Shown piece after piece: positions 1 through 14,470 of a DNA stretch of 64,000 bases. Numbering within the stretch: the stretch's first letter is position 1; each line of letters opens with the position of its first letter. Source of the stretch: Ophelia neglecta (lineage: Eukaryota); assembly GCA_965285935.1 (NCBI GenBank), contig OZ260665.1:49786001-49850000 (forward strand), written 5' to 3'. The position numbers and the translations under genes were made by a program. Below the pieces are notes generated by a model. It saw nothing but the letters and a program-made list of their open reading frames with translations, made no database searches and was not told where the DNA came from.

Positions 1-380
1 TGCTGTTTTATTCTCTACTGCTGTTTTATTCTCTACTCTATTTGATTCTCTACTGCTGTTTTAATCTTTACTGCTGTTTTATTCATTACCGCTGTTCGAT
101 TCTCTACTGTTGTTTGATTTTATATTCTACTGCTGTTTGATTCTCTTCTCCAAATGCTATTTTATTCTATTTTCCAACTGCTCTTGGAATCTCTTCACCA
201 ACTGCTACTCCAGCAACTCGTCCCAAAATCCTCTTTCATACTCTTCTCTTGCTCTTTGATTCTCTTCTCCAATGCTGTTAGATTCTCATCTCCAAATGCT
301 AAATAATTCTCTTAATCACTGCTCTTGGATTATGTCCTCTACATTCTATTTCACCAAATCTTGTCTAACTGCTGTTAGAT
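1..380. repeat. Degenerate low-complexity tandem repeat (about 18-20 bp unit TGCTGTTTTATTCTCTAC)
   Basis: Unit is seen twice exactly at the window start and then in decaying copies (ctgctgtttgattctct, ctgttagattctca). Intronic to gene A. Confidence 0.75.
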
Positions 381-2269
381 TCACATGTGACAGTACCGCG
401 TCCCATCAATCACATTTTACTTACACAACTTCTCCTAGCACCCAATAAGTAAATTCCCCTTTATGAAATACGTAGACTGCTAATTAAATATAGTTGCATC
501 TGCCTTAACGAAGAAATGTCGAGCGGCCAGTGTCGATTATATCATCAACTTTTATCTTCTAACTTTTTAACCAACAAATAAATATTTGACAACAGCTGAA
601 CTATATGATTAGTATATGTAGGCCTATTAGCTGGCAAAGAAACTTGCCCCTGATAAAATAACATTAACAAGCATCGCTGCATCAACCTTTTGATTTTTTT
701 ACCCATGTGACGTAACATGTGATGGATTAACCCTGATTTATTGAGCTCAAACGTCAAAAAGATACTCAAAGCAATGTTTCATTTTGCAATATACTATTGC
801 CTGTAGCTGGCTCGATATACCTGTGCCATTCCCTTGGAGCAACTATTTAGAAAACTAAGATGAAGCTACCAAGAGATCTCTCATCTCCTGCGAAGGTATT
901 TAAGAAGCGAGCTGAATTTATTACAAATGCCAGCGGCCTACTCGCATTAATAGAATGCTACGAGGGAGCGGGATACTTCTCTGAGGCCGGGATGAAAACA
1001 ATGCAAGCAGACACATATATACCCAGTCTTCCGAGATAACAAATACTGTGAATGGTAGGCAACTCAAATAAAACTTTCTATAAACTTTTTTTCTGGACCA
1101 TCACATACACATACAATAGTAAATGTACGCGTCTTTAATTTAAGTGCAGGAAAGGCAAGCTCATACAACAGTACCCTAGTATCTAGATGAAGCTTGATCC
1201 ATTAATTTTTCAGTGTGCTTCGGGAAACTCGAGATTGTGGTTAAATGTGCAGGTGCAATGATTATATTGGGTAATGTGTGTTTCCTTGATTTAAAGAAAA
1301 CGGATATTTCCGTAGTTTTCGCAAATTATGGCTGCTCTCGGAGGAGTTCCTCTAGCGAGTGATATAACGATTCCGTATACATAAAGGGGATTACTTTTAA
1401 AAGCTAGGTCTACTGAAGAAAAGTGTTATATAATCACCCCGATTTGTGAATATTATGTGAAACTTGGATGAAACATTTCTCACAGTTAAGCAGTAAGTGG
1501 TCTGAATCGTAAGAAATGTACGGGATTTATTACACTGCCATAAATGCCAGTAAAGGGTAACGTGTTAGCAGTTTACAGACTAGATATTGCGCAGAACTAC
1601 TTCCATTTTTTTGGCAGAAGAACAGTCACTGTAGGGCACAGTGGTTCCATCTGGGGAAGACATGGCAAAACATTAGAAGTTGCAGCGCCAAAGGCTTAGG
1701 CCTACTGTTGCCAACAGATGTCGCCTTTACAAGTAGTACAAAAATGTCTATCATTCGTTTTATTTCGATGTGCTGCAGGTTTAACCTTATTTTGTTGGAT
1801 ACATGCCACCGGTAACCATTCAACATGGGGTATCTATGCCAGATATGTCCGCAATATATATTAGCAGACATGACCATTCCACCTCAAGCACCAATAATAA
1901 TATAGCCCATAAGTCGTTGCGGTTTAGTACAAATTCGACATATTGGTATATTTTTGTATCATGTTCGAGGACACCAATAGATACTAAACCCTACTTTATA
2001 ATAGGTACAGGATAACTACATGGTTGCCAAGATAAGTTTTTCATGTGTATTTATTCCTGTGAATATTTATTTTGGCTAATTTAATAACATATTGTCACGA
2101 TGGGTTGTTTCAATTAGCCAGCTTAACTTGTTCTCCTGCGTTGAAATTTTAACGAATTTTAACATCACAAAACAGTATTGTGTTCACCACTATCATTTTA
2201 TTAGGCGGGATTCTTAGAGTTGTAAAAGACAAACCGACATGAGTGAGTTTACAGTATATGGAGGCTTAC

Positions 2270-2418
2270 CTTTTTATCCTCAGAGAGACGGACCCGCCTG
2301 CGGATTTGATGATATCCATCGCCTCCTTGTGGAGCAGTTGTGCGCAATCATGGTTCTCCACGGCGACCAGCACGTCCCCTCGCTGTAAGGTGCCATCTGC
2401 CGGACTCCCCACAAATAC
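2270..2418 (-). CDS. Gene A (Zasp/PDLIM-like PDZ protein) coding exon 2: C-terminal half of the PDZ domain; gene continues beyond the left edge
   Basis: ttacag|GTATTT acceptor and AG|gtaagc donor; 149 nt, phase 0 to 2. Encodes VFVGSPADGTLQRGDVLVAVENHDCAQLLHKEAMDIIKSAGGSVSLRIKR (GSPA..L..GD, HxEA PDZ pattern). Confidence 0.93.
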
Positions 2419-2824
2419 CTGTAAACAGTATGAGAATCGTGTAGAGAGGGTATAGACCAATGAATATTGATACCAACGATTTTATTGCTAATGACATGTA
2501 CAGGTCATAACATCCATCCATTATATTACACCAGTCCCCGAATGCGTCTACTTATGTTGCCTCCCTAGAAATTAAACAGTTTTAAAAATACGGATTACTT
2601 GTTCCCTCTTAACTTAAGCGTTAAGAGGGAACAGGGTTGCGCGAAAAATTATATTTTTATTGCATATAGGTGTAGCTCACAAGCTCCCCAGCCGTATGGA
2701 CAATATTGATTTCCATGACCTGTACGGTTTAAAAAAAAGGTATTTCAGTAAGATCGTCTATAATTATCAAGTATCCAGGCACCAAGCCGGAGTAATCATG
2801 ACTTAAATGGTTCGATGGATTTTC

Positions 2825-3055
2825 GTTATTGGTGGGCCTTTGATTTGTGTTATTGGTGGGCCTTTGATTTGTGTTATTGGTGGACAGTTGATTTGTGTTA
2901 TTGGTGGGCCTATGATTTGTGTTATTGGTGGGCCTTTGATTTGTGTTATTGGTGGGCCTATGATTTGTGTTATTGGTGGGCCTTTGATTTGCGTGATTGG
3001 TGGGCCTTTGATTTGTGTTATTGGTGGGCCTTTGATTTGCGTTATTGGTGGGCCT
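2825..3055. repeat. 24-bp minisatellite GTTATTGGTGGGCCTTTGATTTGT, about 9.6 copies
   Basis: Head-to-tail units starting at 2825, 2849, 2873 ... 3041 with few substitutions and no spacers. Confidence 0.97.
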
Positions 3056-4674
3056 GAAATATGGGATATGGTTATATTGCCAGCTAGGTGACCAAACCCG
3101 GAAATATTTTCTCAAGTGAGGAAGCATGTACTTCACCACCTAAAGAGTTTCAGACTGCATAAATCATGGGTTAACCAAATCAGAAAACCCTGCGTTGCAT
3201 AAACATAGGGCATATCTTAATTACTATAAGTCTTGAATTTACGCCATCGGCTAAGATGGTGATTAAGTAAAACAGCTGCTGCTGCCGATGGACGTATTAA
3301 ACCGCAGCTCCCCAATGTTTTTGATAACAACACCCATTAGTTTAGTACAAGTTCTTACGCCGAATGCCTGCTTTTGTTTTTATTGCATCCAAGTTTTAAG
3401 TTTTTATCAGCGCACAACTTTATTGACATAAAACATGGACGTTCAGACAAAACAACCGTTGACTTACACCGCATTCCAACTGCGACTCGTATTACTTTTA
3501 CCACCATCATGAGTATTAGAAATCTAACTGCCATCCGCAGTTATTCTTACCACCCGTCAGGGCACATAGGGTAAAATATCTGTTCTGAGCCACGAGGCAT
3601 CAAGGCAACCAAATCGACTAAACGTACACTCCTGAAAAATGGCAGCTTGGATTATTTTGCCAGATATGATCGATGTTGGATAAATAAGTAAAGAAGTGGT
3701 CTGATATTTCAAAAGTCCTGTGTGAGGGGAGGGGTGTCTGTGTGTCTGAGTGTGTATGGCTGTGTGTGCGGGTGTGAGTGAATGAAACCACATAAACTGC
3801 CATACTGCCCGTGGGGTAGCAAATGAAGTCTTTTGAGTATTTGACCATATCATCATAGAAAAATTAATCCACTGCCAGCATTAATACTCCCATAATGCTT
3901 TATTCAGGATGTGGAGACCATCATTTAAGATGGGCTATAAGCGTTCAGTCGTATTTTAGTATAAAGGCCTACTTCTAAGAGACCTGCTCGTTGGCGCACG
4001 CGCAGCGCCGGAAGGATGTTTTCTTGGCACTTGAGGTACCATGACACCGCAAAACAATGTTAAAAAAGTAACAAGCTAAAACGAACTCCTTGTTACTTAT
4101 CATCACCATCCTAAAGCCCTGGAGCATTATGCCAGCAATACACTGTATACTACAGATGTTAAAACTCCTCGCGCCATATGGATCCAGGGAAGATTTATTT
4201 ATCAGCTTGGACCACATGTAACGATTTTAGAGAGCAATCAGTATTACAAATAGTGTAGACTATAAGCCGTGATCCAGCCAATGAAATATAGGCTATAGGA
4301 TCTGTCAGAATTAGCCTACATGCCAACAGGCGGTGATTATACTAATACATGTCCACGTTAGCCTGCTCTGGCCCGCTCCGGTATTAAAGTAATGTACTCA
4401 GTTACTTCACCGGCCTAGACATCAGCCAAAGAGAGTACCAGTTAAATAAAGGATGCTAGGGAATCCTCCGACATGATTTCCAATTACTAGACCTCCGGTA
4501 TTCCGAAAAAAAATACACCGAAAACAGACTGCCGACTGCAAGCAGCTGTCTAACCCTGCGATCGTCTCGTTTTATTGAAGAAGACGAAAATGCATAGGCC
4601 CATTCATGTAGAACCATTTGGTGTTGAAATCTTATGCAAATTATAGTTCGCATATTACATACCCTTATTGTAGG

Positions 4675-4800
4675 GTTAAGTCAGGTAATTTCGCGCATCG
4701 CGCAAAGTTCGGCGCAGTAAGTCGCCTTATTCCGCTCAGGTTGGGTTATAGCCATTTACTGTGCCGAATTAAACGATTTATTTAAATTGCTTGACTTAAC
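4675..4800. mobile_element. Palindromic MITE-like element (126 bp)
   Basis: Outer inverted repeat GTTAAGTCA (4675-4683) / TGACTTAAC (4792-4800), plus a symmetrically placed inner inverted repeat TTCGGCGCAGTAA (4708-4720) / TTACTGTGCCGAA (4756-4768). Confidence 0.55.
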
Positions 4801-7800
4801 ACTATGCGCGGAATAAATCAAGAAAATATTAAATTGGGTGTTACGATTGAGGTTTGTTAAGCACAGTGGGAGTGATCAAGTTATTGATCCATAGTAAGGC
4901 ATTGTTCCATAAAAACAAGGATGATATCATATGACTTGTCCAAAGAATCATTGTAATAGCCTGAAAGAGTCCTTTATCATCTTGTACTGATAGAACCCTG
5001 CTTCAGTAACTTAATCATTAACATCACTGCCATGCATGAGTAGATGCGAAAACGTGTAAAGTCCTGATAATAGATCGTCTATAATTCTCAAGTTTGCAGA
5101 CGCCAAGCCTGAGCAATCGTGAATTAAATGGTGGGTCGTGGTCAAAAACACGAAATAGTCATTTATCTGCGTAATTAGATGGCAAATTAGTTTGTAGGCC
5201 TGATAACGACAGGGACAACGCAACGAATGATAGCTGGAAGCAGCCTTCCAGTTATCTCCCTGCACGACCCCCAAATCTCTTTGAGTGTAACCCCACACGT
5301 TTGCGCATTAAGTATTGGCCAATGCATGACAGTGGGTATTCCTATAGTTTTCCACTTTTCAAACGTGTTGTTGTTTATAATTTATCATTAATGGATGCCA
5401 GCCTGACAAGAGTTTTCACCTGAGATGGATCACCACCAGCCCGAGATGTAGGTGTTAATACAAAGATCTACAGCCAGGAACTGATACTCGAGCATAAAAC
5501 CAGGTCAACCCCGGCCCGGCGTTCTTGTACTCGGAAAGAAATCTACGAGATTAAACTTAGGCCCACAAAATACGACGGATCGCGTTAAAACTCACTGTTT
5601 GATCATTCAATCAACTTGGTTCCTCATCGGAACAATGCATAATTAACATAAATGTATGCGGGGCCAATCAGTTTCAATGAAGTAAATAATATGATGCAAT
5701 ATTCGAGAATGGCAAAACCAGGTGTGAAAGACAAAAAGTAATAAGACAAATCAGAAATATGGACGATTTAGTACGTGCATCACAGTAACAGCATTTTTAC
5801 TATTGCTACACTAAGACAGCTCGGCTATAGACTACTGCGACTACGAAATAATTGTGGTTGAAATTTTGCTGGAAAGCAACCACTACTTCGTCTCTAATGT
5901 AGGCCTACAGGTAGGTAAGAAAGTATGATATTTAGCCTCCAGGTTGTACATTATACTCTGACACTAGGGTTCTATTTTAGGGAAACTATTTCTAACCAAA
6001 CAAGAAAAGGTTGGATTCTGATATCCATTGCCCAGAACCCAAGGCTGTATACTCTGATGTTCATCATAATTACTAACCAAGAACACATTTGAACATATAG
6101 GTCAGGGAGTCTGTATTGCAGCCAAATTTGTATAAATGTGATAAACCTCATGATAAGAATTGACATTTCACCTGACAAGGTAAAGGGAAAAACACCAATA
6201 AGCGTTAGAATTGACCGAATTGTGGTAGGAGACGCAGAGAATTGAATTCCACAGGAAGTAGCGAAAGGTACGAGAAATCATTCTCTAGGCGCTTTGTCAG
6301 CTCAACTCCTGGCAGGAAATGTAAACTGTCTGATGGTTCCCTTATTACATTCCAACAATGCCAGTTTAACGTGTTCAACGATTCTCCTGGCACTTGTTCA
6401 TAAGCATGTCTACCGCGTATCATTTCTTTCAAATGAGGTCAGATTTCTCTGAACGTCAGCAATAAGCAACCAACTGTCAATTAGTTTATTGCACAAAGGA
6501 AATAGATTAGCGCGATGACGTTAAAGCGTTTGAAACAAACTACATAGTATAATCAAAAGAAGAAAAGAAACGGCGAACAAATCCTGCACATTTGTTAGAC
6601 ATCTAAAACCCGCCGTCTGGGTTTAAACGCATTAAGCGTCGACAGACAACAGTCGAAACTGGCAAAGCTAGCTCCGGGCCCATTATTCCTTTCTTAAACT
6701 CCGCCAAAATACTAACTCTTAAACTGAGTCAGATTCCTGCCTGGATGCCAGCCAACACAGTTTTTTCTTGCCAAATGCATCTTATTGTTTATTCGAATTA
6801 TCGTACAGCTATTATAATAGGCCTACTGCTAACCTTTCTTCAATCCAACGGTCCTTTTTCAATGATACCAATGCTCTTATTATCTGGACATGATCCTAAC
6901 AGCAGGAAAAACAAGATGGAATTAGCAGTGGACCATGTTCTGCAAGGCCTCCGCACTGCTGTTGTTTTCCTACGCCCATTGCAGGCCAAAGTTGAGTAAT
7001 GAGGTCATGGTCATTTTTGGTGGTCATTTTCACAGCAAGGTTATCACCAAGTCTTTATTAATAACTCATTTGCAGTACACGCATAGGGATTTTTGCTTTG
7101 GTTTTGACCTAAAGTTATTAAAAATTAAGCCTACAACTTGGGAAGCTTTTTTTACAATTAGGAGCCGGGTTATAACCAGCAATTACCAGTCATCATGCTA
7201 TACGTGTAAAGACTAATCATGTACAGAAGGCGAGGCTTGTCATAGGGGAAAGGCCAGCCCTCAGAACTGATAAACCTTCCGGCGCCTCCACATTACACCC
7301 AGCTTCGCAAATAAACATTGCGGGCTTGACGGTAAATGGGGCAACAGTCCGCCTACTACGGCTCTCCGATAAACAAGAGGTGTTTGTGCTGTTGATTTGA
7401 GCAGCAAAGAAGAATTCAAAGATACCCGTAAGAATGGGTTTTAATTTACAACATTATTTGTGTGTAACATTATTACATAAAATGTATAGAAGCAAAAATG
7501 TTATCGAAAACACTTTTCTAGCTCGTTGAATTAGTTATCGTCTTTATCCTCCCTTCTAATTATTATTTTTTTAAATCCCCAGGTAATCATTTTTTTATCC
7601 AAATGGAAATACAAAACACATATAATGTTATTGTATAATACAAGTCCTGGCTGATGGTATAATGGTGTAACCGAGATCTTTATGTTCCAATATTTGAGAT
7701 CTTCCTAACAGGCTGGGACTTCCATGGCTCATCCCCTCTGTCTTTTATTGGCGTGAATAAATTAACAAGTTTAAATTTTTCCGCTTTTTACGACAACCCC

Positions 7801-9330
7801 GAGGTTTTTCGTGATATAAATTGCCAATATTTCCAAAAGGAATGGCCTTTACTTTCTTAATTTTAGCAACTGATAAATGATTAATAATATGGTCCTCCGT
7901 CGAGAAGAAATGATATAATGAAGTTAATTTATATGATATCATTTAAGTGTTCATTCCCAGTCCTGCACACTATTTTGTGCCCATGGTTGTTCGGCAATTT
8001 CATTTTGAACCGCGTGCACTATGCAATGGAATAGGTGTGCATTATTATTCTTTTCATTTAGAAAGTACAATAAATTTATTAACCGGCTCTCCATACATTG
8101 TCTTGTGTGAACTTGCTTGGATAAGGCAATGCACTCGAAGATCTTCTTTCAGAGATCGGCATCTTAACAGCTGGATTTTCGAGGTTCCCCCGGAATTCTT
8201 ACAAACCAGGTTACACCAGAACAAATATCACGGGGATAGGTTTGCGCCCCCATATTGGTTTATTATGGAACTTAACCTTCCCGATGTCAGTAACTGAAAG
8301 GCAATTGATTCGAAATCGAATGGATGGAAATTTGCCGGAATTTATTAAAAAAATCCAACGATATAATCTGGAGCTCGCATTTATTAGTTAAAAAAAAACG
8401 CTGCTTTTGTCACTGCGACAACTAAACCGATTTCGAGTATTTCATTTTATATGAATTGACCGTTTGTGTGCAACCTGCATGATTATATAACTTAGTCAAA
8501 TATTTTCCTTTTTTAGGTAAGCCTACTAGAGAGTGAACCTTGCTCATGGGGTCCACATTGTCCTTCTCGGGACATCCTTTGCTCTGGTACGTAATACCCT
8601 CAAAACACACTGTAATCACCCATGACCTTGCAGTGGCATCGACGAGAAAGCCGAGGACACAAAAAGTACACAAGCAGCGACTACAGGCGTGTTTTCATAG
8701 GCGGGATTCCTCGAAATTATATCTGTTGATATGATAAGAGACACGAGATGTCGTCTGGTCTTCATCACATGGCGGCAGACATCTGACCCAGAGTATATCA
8801 CAGAAACAGAGAAGGACCAACAGAAATAAGTCAACTGTCCTATGAAGAAATCACTGGTTATTAAGCTTTATAACGTCTTTTTATAATGCATTTGTGAACA
8901 GGCCAAAATGATTAATGGAAATAAATCACCGACCTACTAGTTATTTTGGCCTGTACACCCTAGACAGACCAGGGTCTCCAGAAATAGCTAACCATGATCC
9001 TAGGTACCTTGCAAACATTTGGAAACTCAGCTGAAGTTTGGATTCTTCGCTGTTGGCCAAAGTATTTTGCTAATGAAAAGTCCTGGAAGTGGCCTTGTAC
9101 ATCCAACTAATAGCACGTACCACATACAGCCTCCCATTTAACAAGATAAGCTTACTTAAACAAGGCATAGGGATTAATGATCAATGAGATACAATTGTTT
9201 TCTATTACAAAAGCACCTGTTTAAAATGGGATGTTTAGCAGTCATTTCCTGTAAGAAGTAATCTATATTTCTGCCAATGCCAGGCCTATAAAAATTTCGG
9301 TTCAAGTAAAGAAAAGTAACGTCGACCTAC

Positions 9331-9447
9331 CCTCTGAACGGTGAGGGGGAGTTTGAAGTCCTTGCCGCCCGTAAGACGGAAGCCCCAAGGGGTACTGAGG
9401 GCGTCCCTGTGTACCCGGACCTGGCGTTCGCTATATGGCCCTGTCAT
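9331..9447 (-). CDS. Gene A coding exon 1: N-terminal half of the PDZ domain (missed by the ORF track)
   Basis: gccATGa start; MTGPYSERQVRVHRDALSTPWGFRLTGGKDFKLPLTVQR (39 aa), then AGG|gtaggt donor in phase 0, in frame with exon 2418-2270. PWGFRL is the ALP/Enigma/Zasp PDZ signature. Confidence 0.94.
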
Positions 9448-9691
9448 GGCGGGACTGGCTCTCTCGACGAGATCTAGTCCTCCATTATTCGACTAGAGAG
9501 CAGTCTCGGCCATGCGTCCTTCCGCAGCTAGACCGACTCAAGGAAACATGAGTTGCTCCTACAACGAGGCTCCACGCCCGCTTGCCTCCCTCTCCCGACC
9601 CATCCAGGAACTTTACTTAGCTCTGTACACCGCCCGAAAAACGAGAGGGAATGCTGGCAGCCACACTCGGCATGCTGTATGCTATTCCAAG

Positions 9692-9748
9692 TTTATAAAT
9701 ATACCCACCTGTTACATTGAAGCACTTTGCAGTATTGCCTATTTTTAA
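9692..9748 (-). promoter_or_regulatory. Candidate muscle-type proximal promoter of gene A (TATA, E-box, MEF2 site)
   Basis: TATAAA on the minus strand at 9697-9692, E-box CACCTG at 9706-9711, and CTATTTTTAA (matches YTAW4TAR) at 9739-9748; about 250 bp upstream of the ATG. Confidence 0.5.
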
Positions 9749-12700
9749 ATTGTACATTACTCACATTTGCACACTTCATAGATCTATGTGCACACATGAA
9801 TATATAGTTGTTTTTCAAAAGGGTTTGTTTGCTTTGTTTGTATAGTGATCTTGGATTTTTTCCTTAAATTACTGTTTTACTTTGCTCTGATATATGTACC
9901 AAATCTTTCTGTTGCCAGGGTGCAGCTCGGGGTGCTGCTTTCGTCACGGATTCAATAAAACTGAAACCAACGTTATGTTTTTCATGACTTTTTGTTTTGA
10001 ACCTTTAGAAGTGCAACAAGTACAAGTTGATAAAAATGGCCCTAGCATCCCGGATTAGAGTAGCATACAATTCTGAGCCCAAGCCACAGAAACAGTTGGT
10101 TAGATAACACAGTCAATTTGTTTGCTGCTGCCATCTGGTGTGTAGTGTCGGTTCGTTTTCATTATAGGGTATATAACCTAAATCCCGGCTGCTCGTCCAG
10201 AGGTTGTCATGACATACTGTACATTTATAATCTAAACTGTTCAGCTGCACTTTATTTGCGCAAGTTCCCCGAGGACATGTATTCCCAGTAAGTCCCAGTA
10301 AAAAAGTACCGCAAGACGTTCTTGCCCCATCTCTCGGGGTCTCCTGACTTGTGTATCGCGAAAATATATATGTCGGTAAAATTTAATCTGGCGTCTTTTC
10401 CGAATTATCGACGTCGCGGTAAGTTTTTATATGCCTATCTAACATGTGACTGGCCCATAGGCCAGCAGGCAAAGCATCTCAGCTGAATGTTAATGATAAC
10501 ATGTACATGGTGTCCCATTATTAAGGAATGATTCATACACCAACCATCCAAAATATTAGTATAGCAAAACTTGATAATGTTTTTGCAACATTGAAGCGCA
10601 ACCAACGCAATTTGTAAATCGAAATTAACTTCTTTTCACGTTTTCTGAAATATATGCTATAGTCCTAAGGTTTTTGTTGTTTATTTTACGCACATTCGCA
10701 AGTACACTTTTAATCATAATCTGACACCAGTTTCTATGTTCCTATCCCCAGCGGAGTCGTATTGGAATATCTTTGGACCGATTTCATAAATGTGACATCA
10801 ATTGTTTGCATTTTCAAGATTCCACTTGTTGAAAATGAAATTGCTGTCAATGATCATACTTTTTCTATGTTAAAGTGTGCCGTCGGAACGGAATTATTTA
10901 ACACGTGGGGGCCCTACTGCATTATGCAGACGCACCACGATTTCACATTTGAGGCAGTCAAAGTTGAATATTAAAAATGTTCATTTGACTGCCCTAATTT
11001 CAGTACAGATTTTATACTGTTGTTTATAATTATGTTCTTGTCTATAACCTCGTTTAAGAAAACCTTGCAAGGAAATTCCATGTTTAACACATTCATAGAA
11101 CAAGTTATTTCAGGAATCAATCTGAGAATAAAGTTTCCAAGGAATGGCCATGGGACTAGGTGGTCTATAATACTGTTTCCTCTATATGTGCAGGTTGTTT
11201 TAAGACTAAGACAAGTCAATCCATACAAATGACATGACCTGTTCATTTCGAAAAGTTATTTTAGAAAAGAGCCATTTCTACTTACCTTAAGGGGCGGAAT
11301 ATTTCGCAAGTATGCCTTTGGTTTTCTGTGTCACAGTGTCATATCAGTGGAGCTTGTGTTGTTTTCTCTGCAATTCATAGAAGTAATTGTTTAATATCAT
11401 TACCTGACAATGCAAGTTAAAAGATTTGATTCTTTTGTTATGATATTCATATCTCTTTGCATCAAACTAAGTGACCCTAGAAACAAACGTGTTTGCAAAA
11501 TATCATGGGGCCAACAACTAACTTTGATCTCAAAGCGCCTAAAAATATTGGATATTAATTAATCCGACCTGACCCATGCCATTCCATAGCCACCAATCGA
11601 CCCTTATTGTTTCTTTTAAGCCAGTTTTATGAAAGACAGGCCAGTTTGGATTGAGGATTTTGTGATACGTTGCGATGATAATACCATTATCCTTTCACGG
11701 AGTTTGTTTGCAACATAGACATATAGAGGCCTCAATAATTAGATAGATTTATGCGTCGAGGCCAACACAATGTTCAAATATAGGATTCGATACTTCTGCC
11801 CTAACAGGCTTGTGGTGGCAACTTTGGGTTAAATGGGCAGTGAACATACAAGGAGAAAACTTGGAATTTGCTACAATTTGAAACAAAAACTGCCCCGATG
11901 TAGTCTCACATTCTTCCAAGGTTAGCCGAACAAGTGTTTACAGAGGAGTTAGATTTCATGGGCATTGTCATGGATCAAGGTCGCCAATTTTGGTTAAATG
12001 CGCGTAAGACAATATTTGACTTCACATGCAGTTCCTTTGCAACAATAGGCCTGACTGTAAATTGGTAGAACGTTTTTATATATCTGGTCTGGAACTGTGT
12101 GGAAAGATTTTTTTGGTGGTTCGGTGGAACAATCACTATAAATGTCTAAAGTGACTTCGCTCTTTTCTCGTGGATGTTCATTTTATCATAATTATAACCT
12201 TAAAGTTATCCGCTTGCAAGACAATTTTGTTCTCCCTCACTAATGTATTGTTTTTATGACGTTATCGTTCCTGCCTACGTTCGGATTTACGCGCGGGAAC
12301 CTGGTCTACATGTCTGGTAGGTCCATCCATGTGATGCTTGATCGAAACTCCATGTTTAATATAGAGGAGTATTTTTTCCATACTGCATCGGAGTTCACTT
12401 CATAAACAGATGTCACCATTTTAGAAAACACGAAGCTATCTCATCAGGAAATACATTAGCTAGAGTTGACTTGTTTAAAGATAAAGCCATCGATACAAAT
12501 GAATTAACCTTACATAATCATTTACTTCGAAAAATTATTATAAACGATCCCCTGTAAAAAACACTGTTATAATTTTCAACCGTCTATAACATTCACGCAC
12601 GATATACATTTCAAATGTGGGATTTTCGGGACGCCGGAAAACTGTTGTTCTCACTATACAGGTTCTCTGTCAACAGATGTGCTAGGTCGCATCGCACCCT

Positions 12701-14368
12701 TATTGTAAAGAAAGCAATTCTCTACTTAACGAAATGTTATACTGCACCCTAGGCATGTAGAGTTCACCAGGCAACAAACCATATATCATCAGGGTTACAT
12801 GAAGTAAGAAGATCCCTCAAAGAAAACTTCTCTGTATAAAGCAGTATTATTAGATTTTATTTCTCCTTTATTATACGTCAATTTGTTGTTTCTTCCAATC
12901 ATTAATGCTATTCTTATTGAATGAAATTTAATGTGAAAAAATGCAACAAACTTATTTGAAAAAGCCTGCCTTCAATACTAACATTGGGCTAAAAGAACCC
13001 CGGGGGCACAGCCTCCCCCCCCCCACCCCCACCCCCACCCCACCCGACACGCACACAATTCATATGCCAATACATCATTTTTAGCCTAGTTCGAATGGCA
13101 AATCTGAAAAGGTAAATAAAGTGGTTTACGCAACTGTTATAGGTGGGAATGGAAGTTTTTTTGAAATACCGACTACAGAAAGCACACAAATGCGCTCTGG
13201 GACAAAATGGTTCCTGGCAAAATAGGCAAAATATGTGACAAAATGGTTCCATGTTTTACTCTTATGATACGTTTCTAACAAGAAATAAACTTAAATCGCA
13301 AGCCCTCGATAAAAGAAAGTGACAAAAAAGCAAGTGATCTTCAATTGACTTCCAAACTCTGTCCACGTTATCAAATTATCAGTTCGATAAACATTATCCT
13401 GACTGTGATGTAAGAGGCCACCTAGCTGTATGGGGTAGCCTTAGGAGCCCCCGTTGTGGCGAAGAGGCCCCCGGGGCCTTTTCCCTAAATACTATGTCAA
13501 ATGTGAATGACACAAGATTTTTTACATCGAATAAGATACATAGGGCCATGACCCTTTTGGCACCATTAGTTTGTGACAAATCATCGTTTGCTCATTTCGA
13601 GGCAGGGATTATATAGTTTTCAGCACTTGTAATATCGCCTATATCATTGTGACATATATTGTCATTTTCATAAATTAAATCCATATCTAAAAATCATATT
13701 AAATCATATTCTAAATCCAATGAAAAAGTGTTTTCTTTCCCACTTCCGATCAGATTTCTGGCCTTGAGGTTTACCAGAGGTGACTAATCCTGAAACGGGG
13801 ACACATTCACCCGAGTCAGAAGTCAGGAGTGGGGGCGTCTGTGCCAACGACGCCGCATCAAAACAGTACAAGACTGAGTCTAAGCAGGACTCGTGGGCTG
13901 GAGCTAGGAAATAACTGTGTACAACTTCTCTCAGCAGCCTCCATCTTAGCCAAGTAACGTTAAACTTGCGGCAGGCAATCGAGGATCGCCTTACCGATCA
14001 GCTGGTAAACTGCGTATACTTGGGATTTATTTTTGGCCCGACTTCGAAAAGTTGTGCAGTGAGTTTTAGTGTTGTGCACTGACATCTACAAGCAGTAATC
14101 AGTGCAGTGAGCCAGCAGTCAGGAGTGCTTGATACCCAAGGCCTATACGTCAACTTCTGGTCGATCCACACCTTTCTTCGCGGAACCACCATTTTGCTTT
14201 CTGTGGGGAGCGAAATCGCCGGTCATAAGCCGGCCATCCCTACGTGATCTATTTGTCCTGGTTGTATACAGAGGATTTCAAGTTTCTTTAATGACCACCG
14301 GAGGAACCTGTGGGATATTCTGACCAGATATTAAGTTTTTTAGGACATTCTAGGATTAGTACCACACG

Positions 14369-14470
14369 ATGACGGAAACGATCTGGCTACAGCGTCCTAG
14401 CGGGGATGTGCCGTGGGGGTTTCGACTGACCGGCGGCAGGGACTACCAGCAGCCCCTAACAGTACAGCGG
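14369..14470 (+). CDS. Gene B (Zasp-like PDZ+ZM protein, no LIM) exon 1: PDZ N-half
   Basis: MTETIWLQRPSGDVPWGFRLTGGRDYQQPLTVQR, then CGG|gtaggc donor, phase 0. Confidence 0.95.

Noticed and set aside
2729-3139. Three repetitive ORFs (RPTNNTNQ, ICVIGGPL, CYWWAFDL) or a CRISPR-like array
   Set aside because: They are by-products of a 24-bp minisatellite: no unique spacers, no cas genes, eukaryotic intron context.
3460-3800. Possible alternative first exon of gene A (minus-strand donors gtaagt near 3466 and gtaaga near 3550)
   Set aside because: The upstream ATGs reach these donors in phase 1 or 2, out of frame with the phase-0 exon 2. There is no other support.
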